Virus record (IMG/VR): IMGVR_UViG_3300012952_000019
Span: 30,484-94,483 of that record
Strand: one strand, 5' to 3'
DNA length: 64,000 nucleotides
Origin: a virus
Taxonomy: Duplodnaviria > Caudoviricetes
The translations under genes and the position numbers were made by a program. The notes below the pieces were generated by a model. That model saw only the letters and a program-made list of their open reading frames with translations. It searched no databases and had not been told where the DNA came from. Of this stretch, positions 34,801 through 45,365 are shown in pieces (the first letter of the stretch is position 1; each line of letters starts with the position of its first letter).

Positions 34801-36010
34801 TAAGTTCTTTGGTTTAACAAGAGGTGTAAACTTTAACTATGATCAGAGGATTATATTAGACGCAACTCAGAATAACCAACAAGATATTTCTACATATCAA
34901 TTCAATGTTGGTGATAGAGTAATTCGTAGAATAGATAACGCAAACAATAAGGTTGCAAAAGTATATGACTGGGATCCACTTACTAGAGAACTATTAGTAA
35001 CATTTGAAGTTGATGAATTAGCATTTATTGATGGTGGTATCCCATCTACTTTAGATGCTATTGTACAGTTTGACGGAGGTGTTGCTGCTAGTGCTAGTAA
35101 CGCATTCAGTCCTCATACATTAACTTTCTCTGCAGGAGAAGACATTGTAACTTTGACTGATCCTATTGGAGCAATTTTAGATACTAAATTTGTTGACGTT
35201 GCAGAAAATGCAGGAGCTGGTAATGGTATTCCAGATTTGAGTAACACAGGTACTGATTATGAAAACCAAATAGCACTTGATGGTGGTATTTACAATTCAC
35301 TATATGGTATCGAAGAAACTCAAGGTGGAACCAATACTACTCTATTTGCAGTTGCTGATCAAATTAAAGATGGTTCTATACCATTTAAGTATGCAACTGT
35401 AGAAACTGCAGGAACATTAACTGATGGTGTAGATCATGCTGCAAAGTTAAACGTATATGTAGACCTAAATGATGGTAACGGTCAAAACTATGTTGTTAAT
35501 GACCTTGTTACAGGTGATATATCTGGTGTAAGGGGAACTGTTCTTGGATGGGATCCTAATACTGGATTACTAGAAGTTGGTAATATAGTTCCTTATAATA
35601 CTGGTAATATTAATATTGGTATAGCAGGTTATTTCTATGAGTATTCTGCTAGAGAAACAGTTATTGATTTCATTGTTCAAAATCCAGGTACTAACTATAC
35701 TGCACCTCCTACGGTAACAGTAGAAAACATTGGTGATATACAAGCAACAGCAAATGTCAACATGACTGCTGCAGGTGACCAAGTTGCTTCACTAACAATT
35801 ACAAATGGTGGTTATGGTATTGCACAAAATATTGATGAAAGTTTTGTAACTCATCCGACAGTTACATTTACTAATAATGCCAGTGATAGCACAGGATCTG
35901 GTGCGGTTGTTCAAGCCGTTCTTGGTGGTGAACGCATTGCAGGTAATACTGGTGCTAGTTATAGGATCAGAAGAATTGAATATCAAGCACAACTCCAGTC
36001 TAAGGAGTAG
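31841..36010 (+). CDS. baseplate-associated structural protein with YHYH-like and cupredoxin-like domains
   Basis: GIMANGV, HSKILG..YDGYPIYGPYGY and LDAYNG...TPEYPNGTYAYY motifs, plus GSGY repeats and HPM...YYHCAYHRYM. Confidence 0.75.
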   Translation: MARTVPGSGAVIEPIFDEIFGVRAVEVTDGGSGYSVSDPPRLTITGCGTPDVEALLYPIIDPDSGKIIHVRVLSRGRGYDPLRLQIIPEQETPNVVTSFDIRRIFQSHPNSPTTSSFTSDRLRIVSDNHPKPSQHIFAEREPGGSTTVLDRSFDQTFIYRGGKDVPHPDAANRQYQGDKATGIMANGVLLHTPEWGQDGNPPPGFTIDAVKYPYIKNNNAYDAVLDNQVYYYQTNKLRTEWNLDNGVFDWGRIRQFTWQVKTEHDNVLIELGTLDQTIGSVEVGRIVDCITSTAKGEVAKIVKDNLGNPTKIYLRTLTGVPFQENDVCLGANGFQFRVQGIPRTFPTGIFYIEFGEEAHEFGPFTPGQFYFAPEDIKVQRNYLIIWDQSDSSNNTGGMSHPMRFSTTADGTLNGGTLYYNSTGVTQAPAADYENEYQALFLMNADENNKIYYHCAYHRYMSGYQGDEGYMTLASEIDADPTVNTYYFTNYYQSDANDPNTIDYSRHVDGHSKILGMSYDGYPIYGPYGYNSSGAVAREVSGHRLKTTAELAGNRPQVNTVSTVTYNVTVSNNQFQFSGSRPAFLTLDRGKTYVFNQDDSSNDSLFLFVGTSDDGWHVGAPPVIGDTSYLLAGDHVKYYIDGAETTYNTYISAFNTASQRETRIHVPVDAPIALYLFAYSQSGVGIRCVVEGYVLGDLTEDYIHDSSVGTLDAYNGKFSPTPEYPNGTYAYYMTEDSSAVPTYPYAIGKRFYGTPLFEGDTVPAQVEIFPAGAEGDVVLNATGQIAYVRMTKFGDNYFGPAQAKILGGQGTGALASPIVQTVTGLSLLNSGREYATPPTLIFEGGGGGVGAEGAAEIDTFGKVTGISIVDEGEFYQEPPYVLITGGGGIGAKAVARIDQGVIVGIDVTDSGSGYINPPNIVFTKLVNLKRKTRARQSYNSQAIYLTGLVKDLAASDTEIFTDTTTGFPGSGSLIVNTETITYTGKATGKFFGLTRGVNFNYDQRIILDATQNNQQDISTYQFNVGDRVIRRIDNANNKVAKVYDWDPLTRELLVTFEVDELAFIDGGIPSTLDAIVQFDGGVAASASNAFSPHTLTFSAGEDIVTLTDPIGAILDTKFVDVAENAGAGNGIPDLSNTGTDYENQIALDGGIYNSLYGIEETQGGTNTTLFAVADQIKDGSIPFKYATVETAGTLTDGVDHAAKLNVYVDLNDGNGQNYVVNDLVTGDISGVRGTVLGWDPNTGLLEVGNIVPYNTGNINIGIAGYFYEYSARETVIDFIVQNPGTNYTAPPTVTVENIGDIQATANVNMTAAGDQVASLTITNGGYGIAQNIDESFVTHPTVTFTNNASDSTGSGAVVQAVLGGERIAGNTGASYRIRRIEYQAQLQSKE

Positions 36011-36021
36011 TCGGAAAGCAC

Positions 36022-36028
36022 ATAAATA
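36022..36028 (+). promoter_or_regulatory. T4-like late promoter (ATAAATA)
   Basis: Intergenic, upstream of gp8. Confidence 0.75.
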
Positions 36029-36053
36029 AACAGGAGGACACTAGTCTTAGGAA

Positions 36054-37586
36054 ATGGCAGCTCTATTAACTGATCAATTTAGAATTTTTTCAGCACAAAA
36101 ATTTATTAAGGCTCTTGAAGGTCCCGTTGCAACTCAAAGTGATGATGATGCAGGGGCTACGAGAGACAGGTTATATCTTTTCATAGGTAGACCACAAAGT
36201 TGGGATAATGAAAACTCACCCCCACAAGCGGTGGATTCATTTGCCGAATTTTCTGGTTCATATGATGATATGGTTTCAATGAAGCGTGTGCTGGCTTCTG
36301 ATACTGTCCAAGTTGTGCGTAGAATTGACTGGGTTTCCCCAGAACAAACTACTGGTGGATTAGGTTTTACCTATGACATGTATCGTCACGACTATTCTCC
36401 AAGTAAAACTGCTGCCTCTGGTGCTACTAAACTATATGATTCTGATTTTTACGTTGTAAACTCACAGTATCAAGTATATAAGTGCATCTATAATGGTACA
36501 TCTCCTTCAGACCCTAACGGAAAACCTTCAACTGTTGAACCGACTGGAACATCTACTTCTATCATCACCACTGGTGATTCTTATCGTTGGAAGTATATGT
36601 ATACTATTCCCGTTGCATCAGTTCTTAAATTCTTTTCAAATGACTACATGCCTGTCTTTACCAATGATGCGGTAAAAACAAACGCTGTTGCAGGAGAGAT
36701 TGATACTGTTGTTATTAACGCAGCAGGAGCAGGTTATAACAACGGAACCTATGATAACGTTGCTATTAATGGAGATGGAACTGGTGGACGTGTTTCTATT
36801 GTTGTAGATGGTGGTAAGATTATATCTGCTACTGTTACCTCTGGAGGAACAGGATATACCTTTGGTAAAATTTCTGTTGATAATGTTACTGGTATTGGAA
36901 CAGGAACTGGTGCTCAAGTTGATGTCATAATTCCACCACCAGGCGGTCACGGTGCTGATTCTGTTGTAGAACTTGGTGCTTTCAGAGTTATGATTAACGC
37001 TAAACTCTCATATGATGAGGGTGCAGGTGACTTCCCAGTTGACAACGATTATCGTCGTATTGGTCTTATAACCAATCCTCTAAAGTATGGAACTTCTGAA
37101 TTAATTTCAGACTTGACTGTATCTGCTACTAAGGCAGTTATATTCTCACCTACATTCCAAGGTAATTACGTTCCTGATGAAATTATTACACAAACAAGAG
37201 TTGTTGGAGGATCCAACGTTACTGCTCGTGCTCGTGTTATTTCATGGAATGCAACAACAAAATTATTAAAGTACTATCAGAATGCTGTAGATGGTATCTT
37301 CCCAGAAGTTACAGGAACACAGAATGAATTTGATGGATCTAACGTGATTAATGGTGCAACATCTGGTGCTGCAGGACAACCCGATGTTAACTTTCCCGCC
37401 ATCCCAAACTCTTCTTCTAGAACAATCAACAATACTGAGTATGACTTAGGTATGAAGTTTAACAATGGTTATGCTAAACCCGAAGTTTCCTCAAGTAGCG
37501 GTGACGTTGTTTACATAGATAATAGAAGATCAATCAGTCGTGCTAACGACCAAGTAGAAGACATCAAAATCGTAATCGAGTTCTAA
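36054..37586 (+). CDS. gp8: baseplate wedge subunit gp8
   Basis: LYLFIGRP..W, VYKC..N, YRWKYMYTI, YRRIGLI.NP and YIDNR....R...Q.EDIKIVIEF motifs. Confidence 0.9.
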   Translation: MAALLTDQFRIFSAQKFIKALEGPVATQSDDDAGATRDRLYLFIGRPQSWDNENSPPQAVDSFAEFSGSYDDMVSMKRVLASDTVQVVRRIDWVSPEQTTGGLGFTYDMYRHDYSPSKTAASGATKLYDSDFYVVNSQYQVYKCIYNGTSPSDPNGKPSTVEPTGTSTSIITTGDSYRWKYMYTIPVASVLKFFSNDYMPVFTNDAVKTNAVAGEIDTVVINAAGAGYNNGTYDNVAINGDGTGGRVSIVVDGGKIISATVTSGGTGYTFGKISVDNVTGIGTGTGAQVDVIIPPPGGHGADSVVELGAFRVMINAKLSYDEGAGDFPVDNDYRRIGLITNPLKYGTSELISDLTVSATKAVIFSPTFQGNYVPDEIITQTRVVGGSNVTARARVISWNATTKLLKYYQNAVDGIFPEVTGTQNEFDGSNVINGATSGAAGQPDVNFPAIPNSSSRTINNTEYDLGMKFNNGYAKPEVSSSSGDVVYIDNRRSISRANDQVEDIKIVIEF

Positions 37587-40500
37587 TGGCACAAAATACT
37601 AATTTAAACGTAACACCGTATTACGACGACTTTGATAAAGCGAAGAACTTTTATCGAGTATTATTTCGTCCTGGATTTCCAATACAGGCAAGAGAACTAA
37701 CACAATCTCAATCAATTCTGCAAAATCAGGTTGAGAATATGGGAACTCATCTGTTTAAAGATGGTTCTATGGTTATACCAGGTCAGATTGGTTATGACCT
37801 TAATGTAGATGCAATAATGATCCAAGAATCTTTCTTGGGTGCAGACGTAGAAAGTTATAGAAGTCAGATTACAGGAAAAATTATATCAGGTTTAACGTCA
37901 GGTGTTAAAGCTAAAGTTCTTTATAGTATCTCATCTAATCAATCAGACAAAGGATATATTACACTATACATTAAGTATATTGAATCAGGTGGAACAGATA
38001 ATAATCAAACTACATTTACAAATAATGAACAGTTAATCACTGATACTGAAATCACTTTTGGAACCACTCTTATTGAAGTTGGATCACCATTTGCACAGTT
38101 ATTACCTACATCAGCAACACAAGTTGGATCTGTAGCATATGTGCAGGAAGGTGTTTACTTTATTAGAGGTTTCTTTGTAGACGTTCCTTATCAGTACATT
38201 CTCCTTGATCAATATGGAAGTAACCCCAAATACAGGATCGGACTTGAGATCCTTGAATCAATCATCACCCCAGAAGATGACTTATCACTCAATGATAACG
38301 CTGCAGGAACATCTAATTATGCTGCTCCTGGTTCTCACAGGTTCAGAATAACAACTAACCTTGTTAAGAAATTACTTACAGACGAGGCAGATAAAGACTT
38401 TATTGAATTACTACGTATCAATGGTAATAAGATTGAGAAACTAGTTGATCGTAGTGCATATGATGAACTAGAAAAATCTCTTGCAACTAGAACTTACGAA
38501 GAGTCAGGTGACTATGTTGTTAGTGATTTCCAAATTACTATGAGAGAGAACCTAAATGATGGGTTCAATAATGGTGTTTATGAACCAGGAGATACAACTG
38601 CTCAAGGTAATAGTGCTGCAGAAAGCATGTATGCTCTTGAGTTTGGTCCTGGTACTGCATATGTTAGAGGTTATAGACTCAAAACATTATCTCCAACTTA
38701 TGTTGACTTAGCAAAACCAAGAGATACAGAAGCTGCTCAAAATACAATCATACCTTTTACATTAGGTAATTACTCTAAACTCCAAAATATATTTGGATTT
38801 GTTAATACAGCAGGTTCTACTATCGGTAATGCATATCAAACTGTAGAATTACATGATAGATTTACTACAACACCAGGTGATGCTGTTGGTAATTTAATTG
38901 GATATGCACGTGTAGCATCCCTAGAATTTTTACAAGATCCAGATAATAATTTTGGTGATGCTGATGACAAATATAATATGCATCTATTTGATGTTCAAAT
39001 GTTTACTGTAATACATTTGGCATCTGCACAAACAATTAGTACTGGTGCTTCTGATCAAAGAGGATCTTTACTTGTTGGTAAATCATCAGGTGCAAGAGGA
39101 TTCTTAATTGATAATCAAGCTGGTGCTACACATTTGAATGTATATCAAGTTGAAGGAACATTCCAACAAGGTGAGATGGTTACCTTAGATGGTTTGAACT
39201 TAGATACTATTACTAATGTTCATACTTACAAATATTCAGATAGTAGACAAATTCTTGCTAGAGATGAAAATACAAATGCTGTAGAATTTACTGCTGATAT
39301 TATATTAGAAGATCTAAAATTTATTCAAGGTGCTACATTCACATATGATGCTACAGGTAGTGCAGAAAAGATTACTGGTTTAAATTCAAACTTTGCTGCT
39401 GACTTAAGACCTGGCGATAGAATATATTTCTCTGAAACAAAATATGTTGACGTAGATTTTGTTGATCCTACAAACTTAGCATCATCTAATGAGTCAACAA
39501 TCTTTACTTATTCTACTCAAATAGTTAATGTGACACCTGGTGCAGGTGCTGCAGGTCCTACTGGTGGAACTTATAATACATTATTACGTTATAGAGCAAA
39601 ACTTTGGGAGACAGAAAAGGCAACTCTTCTTAAAACAATGCCTAAACCATATGTTAAGAGCATCTCTGATGAATCTATGGTTGTTAGAAGAACATTTGAC
39701 TCACAAACTGTTGCTGCAAACGCTATATCAATAACTCTACCTGAGAATGAACAGTTCCAAGCAATTACAAATTCTTCATACTCATTCACAGTTATGGGTA
39801 GTTCATCATCTGCATATCCTGCAGGTGCACAGATTCCTATTGACACTGTAAATACTGGTGCTATTGGTTATACAACATTTACATCTGCTGATAGAACTAC
39901 AATTCAGATAACAAACTTAGATGTAACAGGTGATGCAGGTGCAATTACAGCTGTTAAAGTTACAGCATCTGTTTCTAAGAACGTTACTGCTAAGAAGACA
40001 AAATCACCTTCAAACATGTTTGTGTTAAAGGTGAATCAAACTGTTCAGAATTTAGATAAGCAAAATTATGGTCTTACATATTCTGGAGTATATGGAACTA
40101 GAATTGAAGACGTAGATATATCATTGGGTATTACAGACGTATTTAATATACATGCTGTATATGAATCAATGGATGATCTTGATCCTATTCTTCCATCTAT
40201 TACTTTAGTTGAACCAACATTCTTTGAAACTAAGAGTATTGTTACAGGTAAAACATCTGGTGCAAGAGCAAGAGTTGTTGACTTTAACTCAAGTACTTTA
40301 AAACTATCTTTAGTTTATTTGAGTGGAACATTTATATCTGGTGAAACAGTTGATGGATTTAATAGTAGTAATATTGCTATTCAAGGTATTATTAATGACT
40401 CTGTAGGATCTATTGTTGCAGGATCTAAAGTTATTACAGATCGTTATGACTTAGAAACTGGTCAAACTGGATTCATATATGGTATATCAAAATTAGTAAG

Positions 40501-43500
40501 AAAGAAAGGTGTTGCTAAACCAATTAGAAAAGTAAAAATTGTTTTAGATTACTATTCTCATGCTGCTACTGGGGATTACTTTGCAGGGCAATCATATTTG
40601 GATACTGCATATGCTGATGTTCCTTATTATCAGGAAAAATTCTTACCTGATTTCCTAGACTTTAGACCAGGTGTTAAGAATTTATTTACAGGAACTGGAT
40701 CAGTTGCTTCTCCTGCATATGTAAATGCTGCTACTCTAGACTTTAAACATAGAACATTCCCAACTGCAGGAAGTCCTGCTGCTACATTATTTGACGTGCC
40801 TAAAGTTAATAGTGACTTTAGATGTGATTTTGATTGGTATCTTCCTAGAGTTGATAAAGTATTCTTATTACCTACTGGAGAATTCCAAGTTGTTAAAGGT
40901 AAGTCAGAACAGAGACCTTCCCCTCCAGATAATTTACAAGATGGTATGCTACTAGCAACATTGCTACACGCACCATATGGTTTTGATCCTGCATCTGATG
41001 TTGTTATCCAGAAATCTGATAATAGACGTTACACAATGCGTGACATTGGTAGTTTAGAAAAACGTCTTGATCAAGTTGAATATTATACATCACTTAATAT
41101 GTTAGAGAGTGATACTTTCAACGTTGAAATTACTGATGCATCTGGTAAGAACCGTTTGAAAAATGGATTTATGGTTGATGACTTTACAGATCATTCCAAA
41201 TCTAGTACAACAAACCCAGACTTTGCTGCTGCATTAAGTTATTCTGATGGAACTTGTCAACCTTCACACTATACTACTAACACATCATTATTAATTAATG
41301 ATTCTCTATCAGTTAATATTCAAAAAACTGGTCCTTTAATTACATTACCTTATACTGAAACAGCATTGATTACACAATCATATGCTTCTAGAGTTGAGAA
41401 TGTAAACCCATTCAACGTATTTACATATATTGGACGTATTGATTTAGTACCTGCAAGTGATGATTGGGTAGATACTAATCGTCTTCCTGTTAATGTAATT
41501 GATATTGAAGGTGATTTTGAAGCAACTAGCAGATCTATGAATGTAGATCAATCTGGTTTTGCTCCTATTCAATGGGGTTCATGGAATACTACATGGAGTG
41601 GAGAATCTACAGGTTCATGGAGTAGATGGAAAGAACATACTTTTGCTAACTTTGTTAGAGGTAGAGGTCGTCGTGTGATGGGATCAAGAACTATCACTAC
41701 AACAACTAATCAGACTAGAAGAGGTATTAGAAGTAGAGTAGTTCCTAGGATTGATCGTCAATCTATGGGTGATAGAACTGTATCTTCAACTTCTATTCCT
41801 TGGATACGTTCTAGAAATATTGACGTAACTGTTGCTAGAATGAAACCAAGAACAACATTCTATGCATTCTTTGATGGAACTAAAGTTGGCGATTATATGA
41901 TGCCAAAAGTTCTTGAAGTTATTAAGAATCCTTCTACAGATAGTAGAACAAACTCAACACCATTTGTGATTGGTGAAACAGTTAGAGGTCTAACAAGTGG
42001 TGCTAGATTTAGAGTTTCTGCACCAAACGACTTCTTTACATGGAACCCATATGATGATACTGATATGCCTTCATCATATTCTTCAACTACAAACTTTATT
42101 AACGTTGACAGTGTATCTCTTGCTGCTCAGGCAGTTGGACAATACTACGGTAATATACAAGTGGGTGAAGTTTTAGTTGGAACATCAGGTGCAAGAGCAG
42201 TTGTGCGTGATCGTAGATTAATGACTGATAGATTAGGACAATGGAAAGGTTCACTATTCATTCCTCCTCCTCAAATTAGTACTAATCCACGTTGGGCAAC
42301 TGGTAGTAGATTATTAAGACTAACAACAAGTGATACAGATGCTAGAACTGGTGGAGCAGTTGCATCTGCTGCACAAACAGAATATGCTGCAACAGGTACT
42401 TTAAATACATTACAAGAAAACGTTCTTGCTATTAGAAATGCAGACATCGTTCAAGATACAGTAACACAAGATAGAACTATTCAAACAACTAGAACTGAGA
42501 CACGTCAGGTTGGTTGGTGGGATCCACTTGCTCAATCATTCTTAGTAGATGAAGAGGGTGGATGTTTCTTAACATCTGTAGATGTTTACTTTAATGCTAA
42601 GGATGGAAATATTCCGATCTCTATGCAGATCAGAACAATGTCAAATGGTTATCCAACAACAAGTATTCTTCCATTCTCTGATGTTACTGTAACTCCAGAT
42701 ACTATTCAAACATCTGAAACTGGTGCTATTGCAACTAAGTTTACATTCCAAGCACCTGTTTATATTCCTCAGTCTATTGAACATTGTTTTGTTCTATTCT
42801 CAGACTCTAATGAATATCAGGTTTGGATCTCTAGAATGGGTGAGTTAGATATTACTGGGGACAGAACTATATCTGAACAACCATATGCAGGTGTTCTATT
42901 CAAATCACAGAACGCAACTACATGGACTGCTGACCAGTATGAAGATCTTAAATTTGTTATTTACAAAGCGGTATTTAATACTAGCGTTGCAGGTCAATTA
43001 ACATTAAATAATGCTCCATTAGACATAGGTAATGGTGGTAAGATAGTACTAAGAACTGATCCAGTTCAAACATATCAACCAGAATTACAGTTGGTTATGA
43101 ACGCTGTATTAGCAACTATTCCTTATACAGTTGGTGCTCGTGTTTATCAAAAGACGACTCTTGCTCAAGGAACAATTAAAGAAATTACAGATAGTAATGC
43201 AGGTGTATTATTAACTATCAATGATATCTCTGGAACATGGCAAGCAGGTTCATCAACTGGTGGAACTATTATCAACAGATTAGTTTCTTCTAAGACTACT
43301 GCTACTATGGCAGTAACAAGTGCATCAGGTGACTTCAGTGTTGGAGAAACTATAACTGGTAACAGTGCTTCTGCTCCAACTGCAGAGGTTGTTAGTTGGA
43401 CAGATGGTGGCGGTGGTGCAGGAACTTTAACACTTAAATATGTTTCAACTGCATTCACAGCTTCTACTGAACAGATTACTGGTGGAACTTCTACTAAGAC

Positions 43501-44815
43501 TGCAACTGTTGGTTCTATAACATACGCAGGTGATAACGTTTCATCTTCAACTGTTCAAGATGCATTCCCAAGTAGCACACCAACATACACAACATCACAA
43601 AGAAGAGTAACAATACAACATTCACATCATGGTATGCATGATACAGATAATAATGTTGTTATCGAAGGTGTTGAATCTGAAGTAACACCAACATACTTGA
43701 CATCATCTATATCTGACTCTGATACAACTATACAAGTTAATGATGCATCAGCATTCCACACTGTAATTAACGGTGCAAATGTTGGTACATTGAATCTTGG
43801 TTATATCAAGATTGAAGATGAAATTATGTCTTATACAGGAATTAGTGGAACTGGTAAAACCATTACTATTAATGAAAGAGGATTAGCAGGAACTACTGCT
43901 ACTAGTCATGCTGATGAAATGGATGTTGAATGTTATAACCTAGATGGTATTCCTCTAATTGAAATTAATAAGACTCATAATAATATTATGAATCCTACTT
44001 TAGACAGTTATGATCTTGCAACCTCATCTATTGCTAAATTGGGTATTAGGTCTGGTAATACACGTGTTATTGCTACACAAAACATTCAGTATGAGATCAT
44101 TTCTCCACAGATTCAGAGAATGACTCTTCCTAAGACTTCTGTTACTGCAAGAGTTAATACTATTACAGGTACATCAATCAATGATGGACAATCATTATCA
44201 CAAAATTCATTCAGTAATACTGGTGAGTTCTATGATGTGAACCTAGGTGAGGACAACTACTTTGTTGCTCCACAGTTGATATGTTCTGCTATCAATGAAT
44301 CTGCTGAATTAAGTGGTGCTAAGTCATTTAGAATGGACTTAACAATGTTCAGTGAAAAGGATAACGTTACTCCTGTTGTTGATACTGACAGAATGTCTAT
44401 TACTACAATTAGTAATAGAATTAATGCTCCTAGCGATAGTAGCACCGCTACATTACCAGTTGGTGATGGACATAACGGTGTTTACATTACTAAGGTTGCT
44501 GATCTAAGTAATCCATCATCCTCTATTAAATTAATGTTTGCGGGTTATCGTCCGTCTAACACTGAGATTAAACCTCTATATAGAGTATTACCTTCTGGAT
44601 CTACTGATTCAATCGAAACACTTGGATGGCAGATGTTTGATACATCTAACGCTAAAATTCCAGACACTACTGAAGAAGTAGAGTTTCATGATTATGAGTA
44701 TGAAGTGACTGGTTTAGACTTCTCACAATATCAAGTTAAGATAGTGTTTGTATCTCCAAACCAAGCATACGCACCAGTTATCAGAGATTTAAGAGCAATC
44801 GCCCTTGCTGTATAA
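37586..44815 (+). CDS. VrlC/DUF4815-like large virion structural protein
   Basis: N-terminal PYYDDFD..KNFYRVLFRPG.PIQARELTQ, plus RYTMRDIG..E.R...VEYY, NGF.VDDF and DPLAQSF motifs. Confidence 0.85.
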   Translation: MAQNTNLNVTPYYDDFDKAKNFYRVLFRPGFPIQARELTQSQSILQNQVENMGTHLFKDGSMVIPGQIGYDLNVDAIMIQESFLGADVESYRSQITGKIISGLTSGVKAKVLYSISSNQSDKGYITLYIKYIESGGTDNNQTTFTNNEQLITDTEITFGTTLIEVGSPFAQLLPTSATQVGSVAYVQEGVYFIRGFFVDVPYQYILLDQYGSNPKYRIGLEILESIITPEDDLSLNDNAAGTSNYAAPGSHRFRITTNLVKKLLTDEADKDFIELLRINGNKIEKLVDRSAYDELEKSLATRTYEESGDYVVSDFQITMRENLNDGFNNGVYEPGDTTAQGNSAAESMYALEFGPGTAYVRGYRLKTLSPTYVDLAKPRDTEAAQNTIIPFTLGNYSKLQNIFGFVNTAGSTIGNAYQTVELHDRFTTTPGDAVGNLIGYARVASLEFLQDPDNNFGDADDKYNMHLFDVQMFTVIHLASAQTISTGASDQRGSLLVGKSSGARGFLIDNQAGATHLNVYQVEGTFQQGEMVTLDGLNLDTITNVHTYKYSDSRQILARDENTNAVEFTADIILEDLKFIQGATFTYDATGSAEKITGLNSNFAADLRPGDRIYFSETKYVDVDFVDPTNLASSNESTIFTYSTQIVNVTPGAGAAGPTGGTYNTLLRYRAKLWETEKATLLKTMPKPYVKSISDESMVVRRTFDSQTVAANAISITLPENEQFQAITNSSYSFTVMGSSSSAYPAGAQIPIDTVNTGAIGYTTFTSADRTTIQITNLDVTGDAGAITAVKVTASVSKNVTAKKTKSPSNMFVLKVNQTVQNLDKQNYGLTYSGVYGTRIEDVDISLGITDVFNIHAVYESMDDLDPILPSITLVEPTFFETKSIVTGKTSGARARVVDFNSSTLKLSLVYLSGTFISGETVDGFNSSNIAIQGIINDSVGSIVAGSKVITDRYDLETGQTGFIYGISKLVRKKGVAKPIRKVKIVLDYYSHAATGDYFAGQSYLDTAYADVPYYQEKFLPDFLDFRPGVKNLFTGTGSVASPAYVNAATLDFKHRTFPTAGSPAATLFDVPKVNSDFRCDFDWYLPRVDKVFLLPTGEFQVVKGKSEQRPSPPDNLQDGMLLATLLHAPYGFDPASDVVIQKSDNRRYTMRDIGSLEKRLDQVEYYTSLNMLESDTFNVEITDASGKNRLKNGFMVDDFTDHSKSSTTNPDFAAALSYSDGTCQPSHYTTNTSLLINDSLSVNIQKTGPLITLPYTETALITQSYASRVENVNPFNVFTYIGRIDLVPASDDWVDTNRLPVNVIDIEGDFEATSRSMNVDQSGFAPIQWGSWNTTWSGESTGSWSRWKEHTFANFVRGRGRRVMGSRTITTTTNQTRRGIRSRVVPRIDRQSMGDRTVSSTSIPWIRSRNIDVTVARMKPRTTFYAFFDGTKVGDYMMPKVLEVIKNPSTDSRTNSTPFVIGETVRGLTSGARFRVSAPNDFFTWNPYDDTDMPSSYSSTTNFINVDSVSLAAQAVGQYYGNIQVGEVLVGTSGARAVVRDRRLMTDRLGQWKGSLFIPPPQISTNPRWATGSRLLRLTTSDTDARTGGAVASAAQTEYAATGTLNTLQENVLAIRNADIVQDTVTQDRTIQTTRTETRQVGWWDPLAQSFLVDEEGGCFLTSVDVYFNAKDGNIPISMQIRTMSNGYPTTSILPFSDVTVTPDTIQTSETGAIATKFTFQAPVYIPQSIEHCFVLFSDSNEYQVWISRMGELDITGDRTISEQPYAGVLFKSQNATTWTADQYEDLKFVIYKAVFNTSVAGQLTLNNAPLDIGNGGKIVLRTDPVQTYQPELQLVMNAVLATIPYTVGARVYQKTTLAQGTIKEITDSNAGVLLTINDISGTWQAGSSTGGTIINRLVSSKTTATMAVTSASGDFSVGETITGNSASAPTAEVVSWTDGGGGAGTLTLKYVSTAFTASTEQITGGTSTKTATVGSITYAGDNVSSSTVQDAFPSSTPTYTTSQRRVTIQHSHHGMHDTDNNVVIEGVESEVTPTYLTSSISDSDTTIQVNDASAFHTVINGANVGTLNLGYIKIEDEIMSYTGISGTGKTITINERGLAGTTATSHADEMDVECYNLDGIPLIEINKTHNNIMNPTLDSYDLATSSIAKLGIRSGNTRVIATQNIQYEIISPQIQRMTLPKTSVTARVNTITGTSINDGQSLSQNSFSNTGEFYDVNLGEDNYFVAPQLICSAINESAELSGAKSFRMDLTMFSEKDNVTPVVDTDRMSITTISNRINAPSDSSTATLPVGDGHNGVYITKVADLSNPSSSIKLMFAGYRPSNTEIKPLYRVLPSGSTDSIETLGWQMFDTSNAKIPDTTEEVEFHDYEYEVTGLDFSQYQVKIVFVSPNQAYAPVIRDLRAIALAV

Positions 44816-45039
44816 TGAAAGTCCCTATTAAAGACCTTGATGGATGGTACAAAGATGATAGAACTGGTGCAGTTCAATGTTCTGATAGTGCAAAGTATGA
44901 ACAATACATGAAGCAACACAGAGCAGGACTAAAAAAAGAAAATGATTTTACGACTTTACAAAATGATGTTTCTGGTCTAAAATCAGAGTTAGATGAGATT
45001 AAATCTCTTCTGTTAACGTTAACCAAAAACCAATCCTGA
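44815..45039 (+). CDS. conserved small coiled-coil protein
   Basis: D..TGAV...D...Y plus a C-terminal LK.EL.EIKSLL. Coupled to the upstream stop. Confidence 0.75.
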   Translation: MKVPIKDLDGWYKDDRTGAVQCSDSAKYEQYMKQHRAGLKKENDFTTLQNDVSGLKSELDEIKSLLLTLTKNQS

Positions 45040-45041
45040 TT

Positions 45042-45278
45042 ATGGAAAAGATAAGTCAGGATCAGATGCTTTCTCAATTCAAAGAAAGATATACTGGTCT
45101 GATAAATGAAAATCAGCAACTAGCTGGTAAAATTAAAGAAAATGAAGTGCAAGCACTGAAGCTTCAAGGTGCTATCGAAGCATTGGAGTATTATTCTCCA
45201 CCAGAAGAATCGGCAGAAACTCCTCCTGTCTTACCAGAGGATGATGTAACATCCGAGTCTCCTGAGTTAACTGAATAA
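45042..45278 (+). CDS. hypothetical coiled-coil protein
   Basis: 78 aa with KLQGAIEALE and an acidic tail. Confidence 0.7.
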   Translation: MEKISQDQMLSQFKERYTGLINENQQLAGKIKENEVQALKLQGAIEALEYYSPPEESAETPPVLPEDDVTSESPELTE

Positions 45279-45287
45279 ATTAATTTT

Positions 45288-45313
45288 AAGGGGGACAGTA
45301 GTTCCCCTTTTTT
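45288..45313 (+). terminator. intrinsic terminator
   Basis: AAGGGGGAC-agta-GTTCCCCTT stem (one G-U pair) followed by a T run. Confidence 0.85.
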
Positions 45314-45319
45314 AGTGAC

Positions 45320-45326
45320 ATAAATA
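45320..45326 (+). promoter_or_regulatory. T4-like late promoter (ATAAATA)
   Basis: Immediately after the terminator, upstream of the fibre gene. Confidence 0.75.
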
Positions 45327-45365
45327 ACTTGGAAGCATGTTCTCATAGAGTTGTCCTAAGATAAA

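Noticed and set aside
41580-41770. Arg-rich segment in the VrlC-like protein
   Set aside because: In frame, and consistent with a low-complexity variable loop. No evidence of a separate element.
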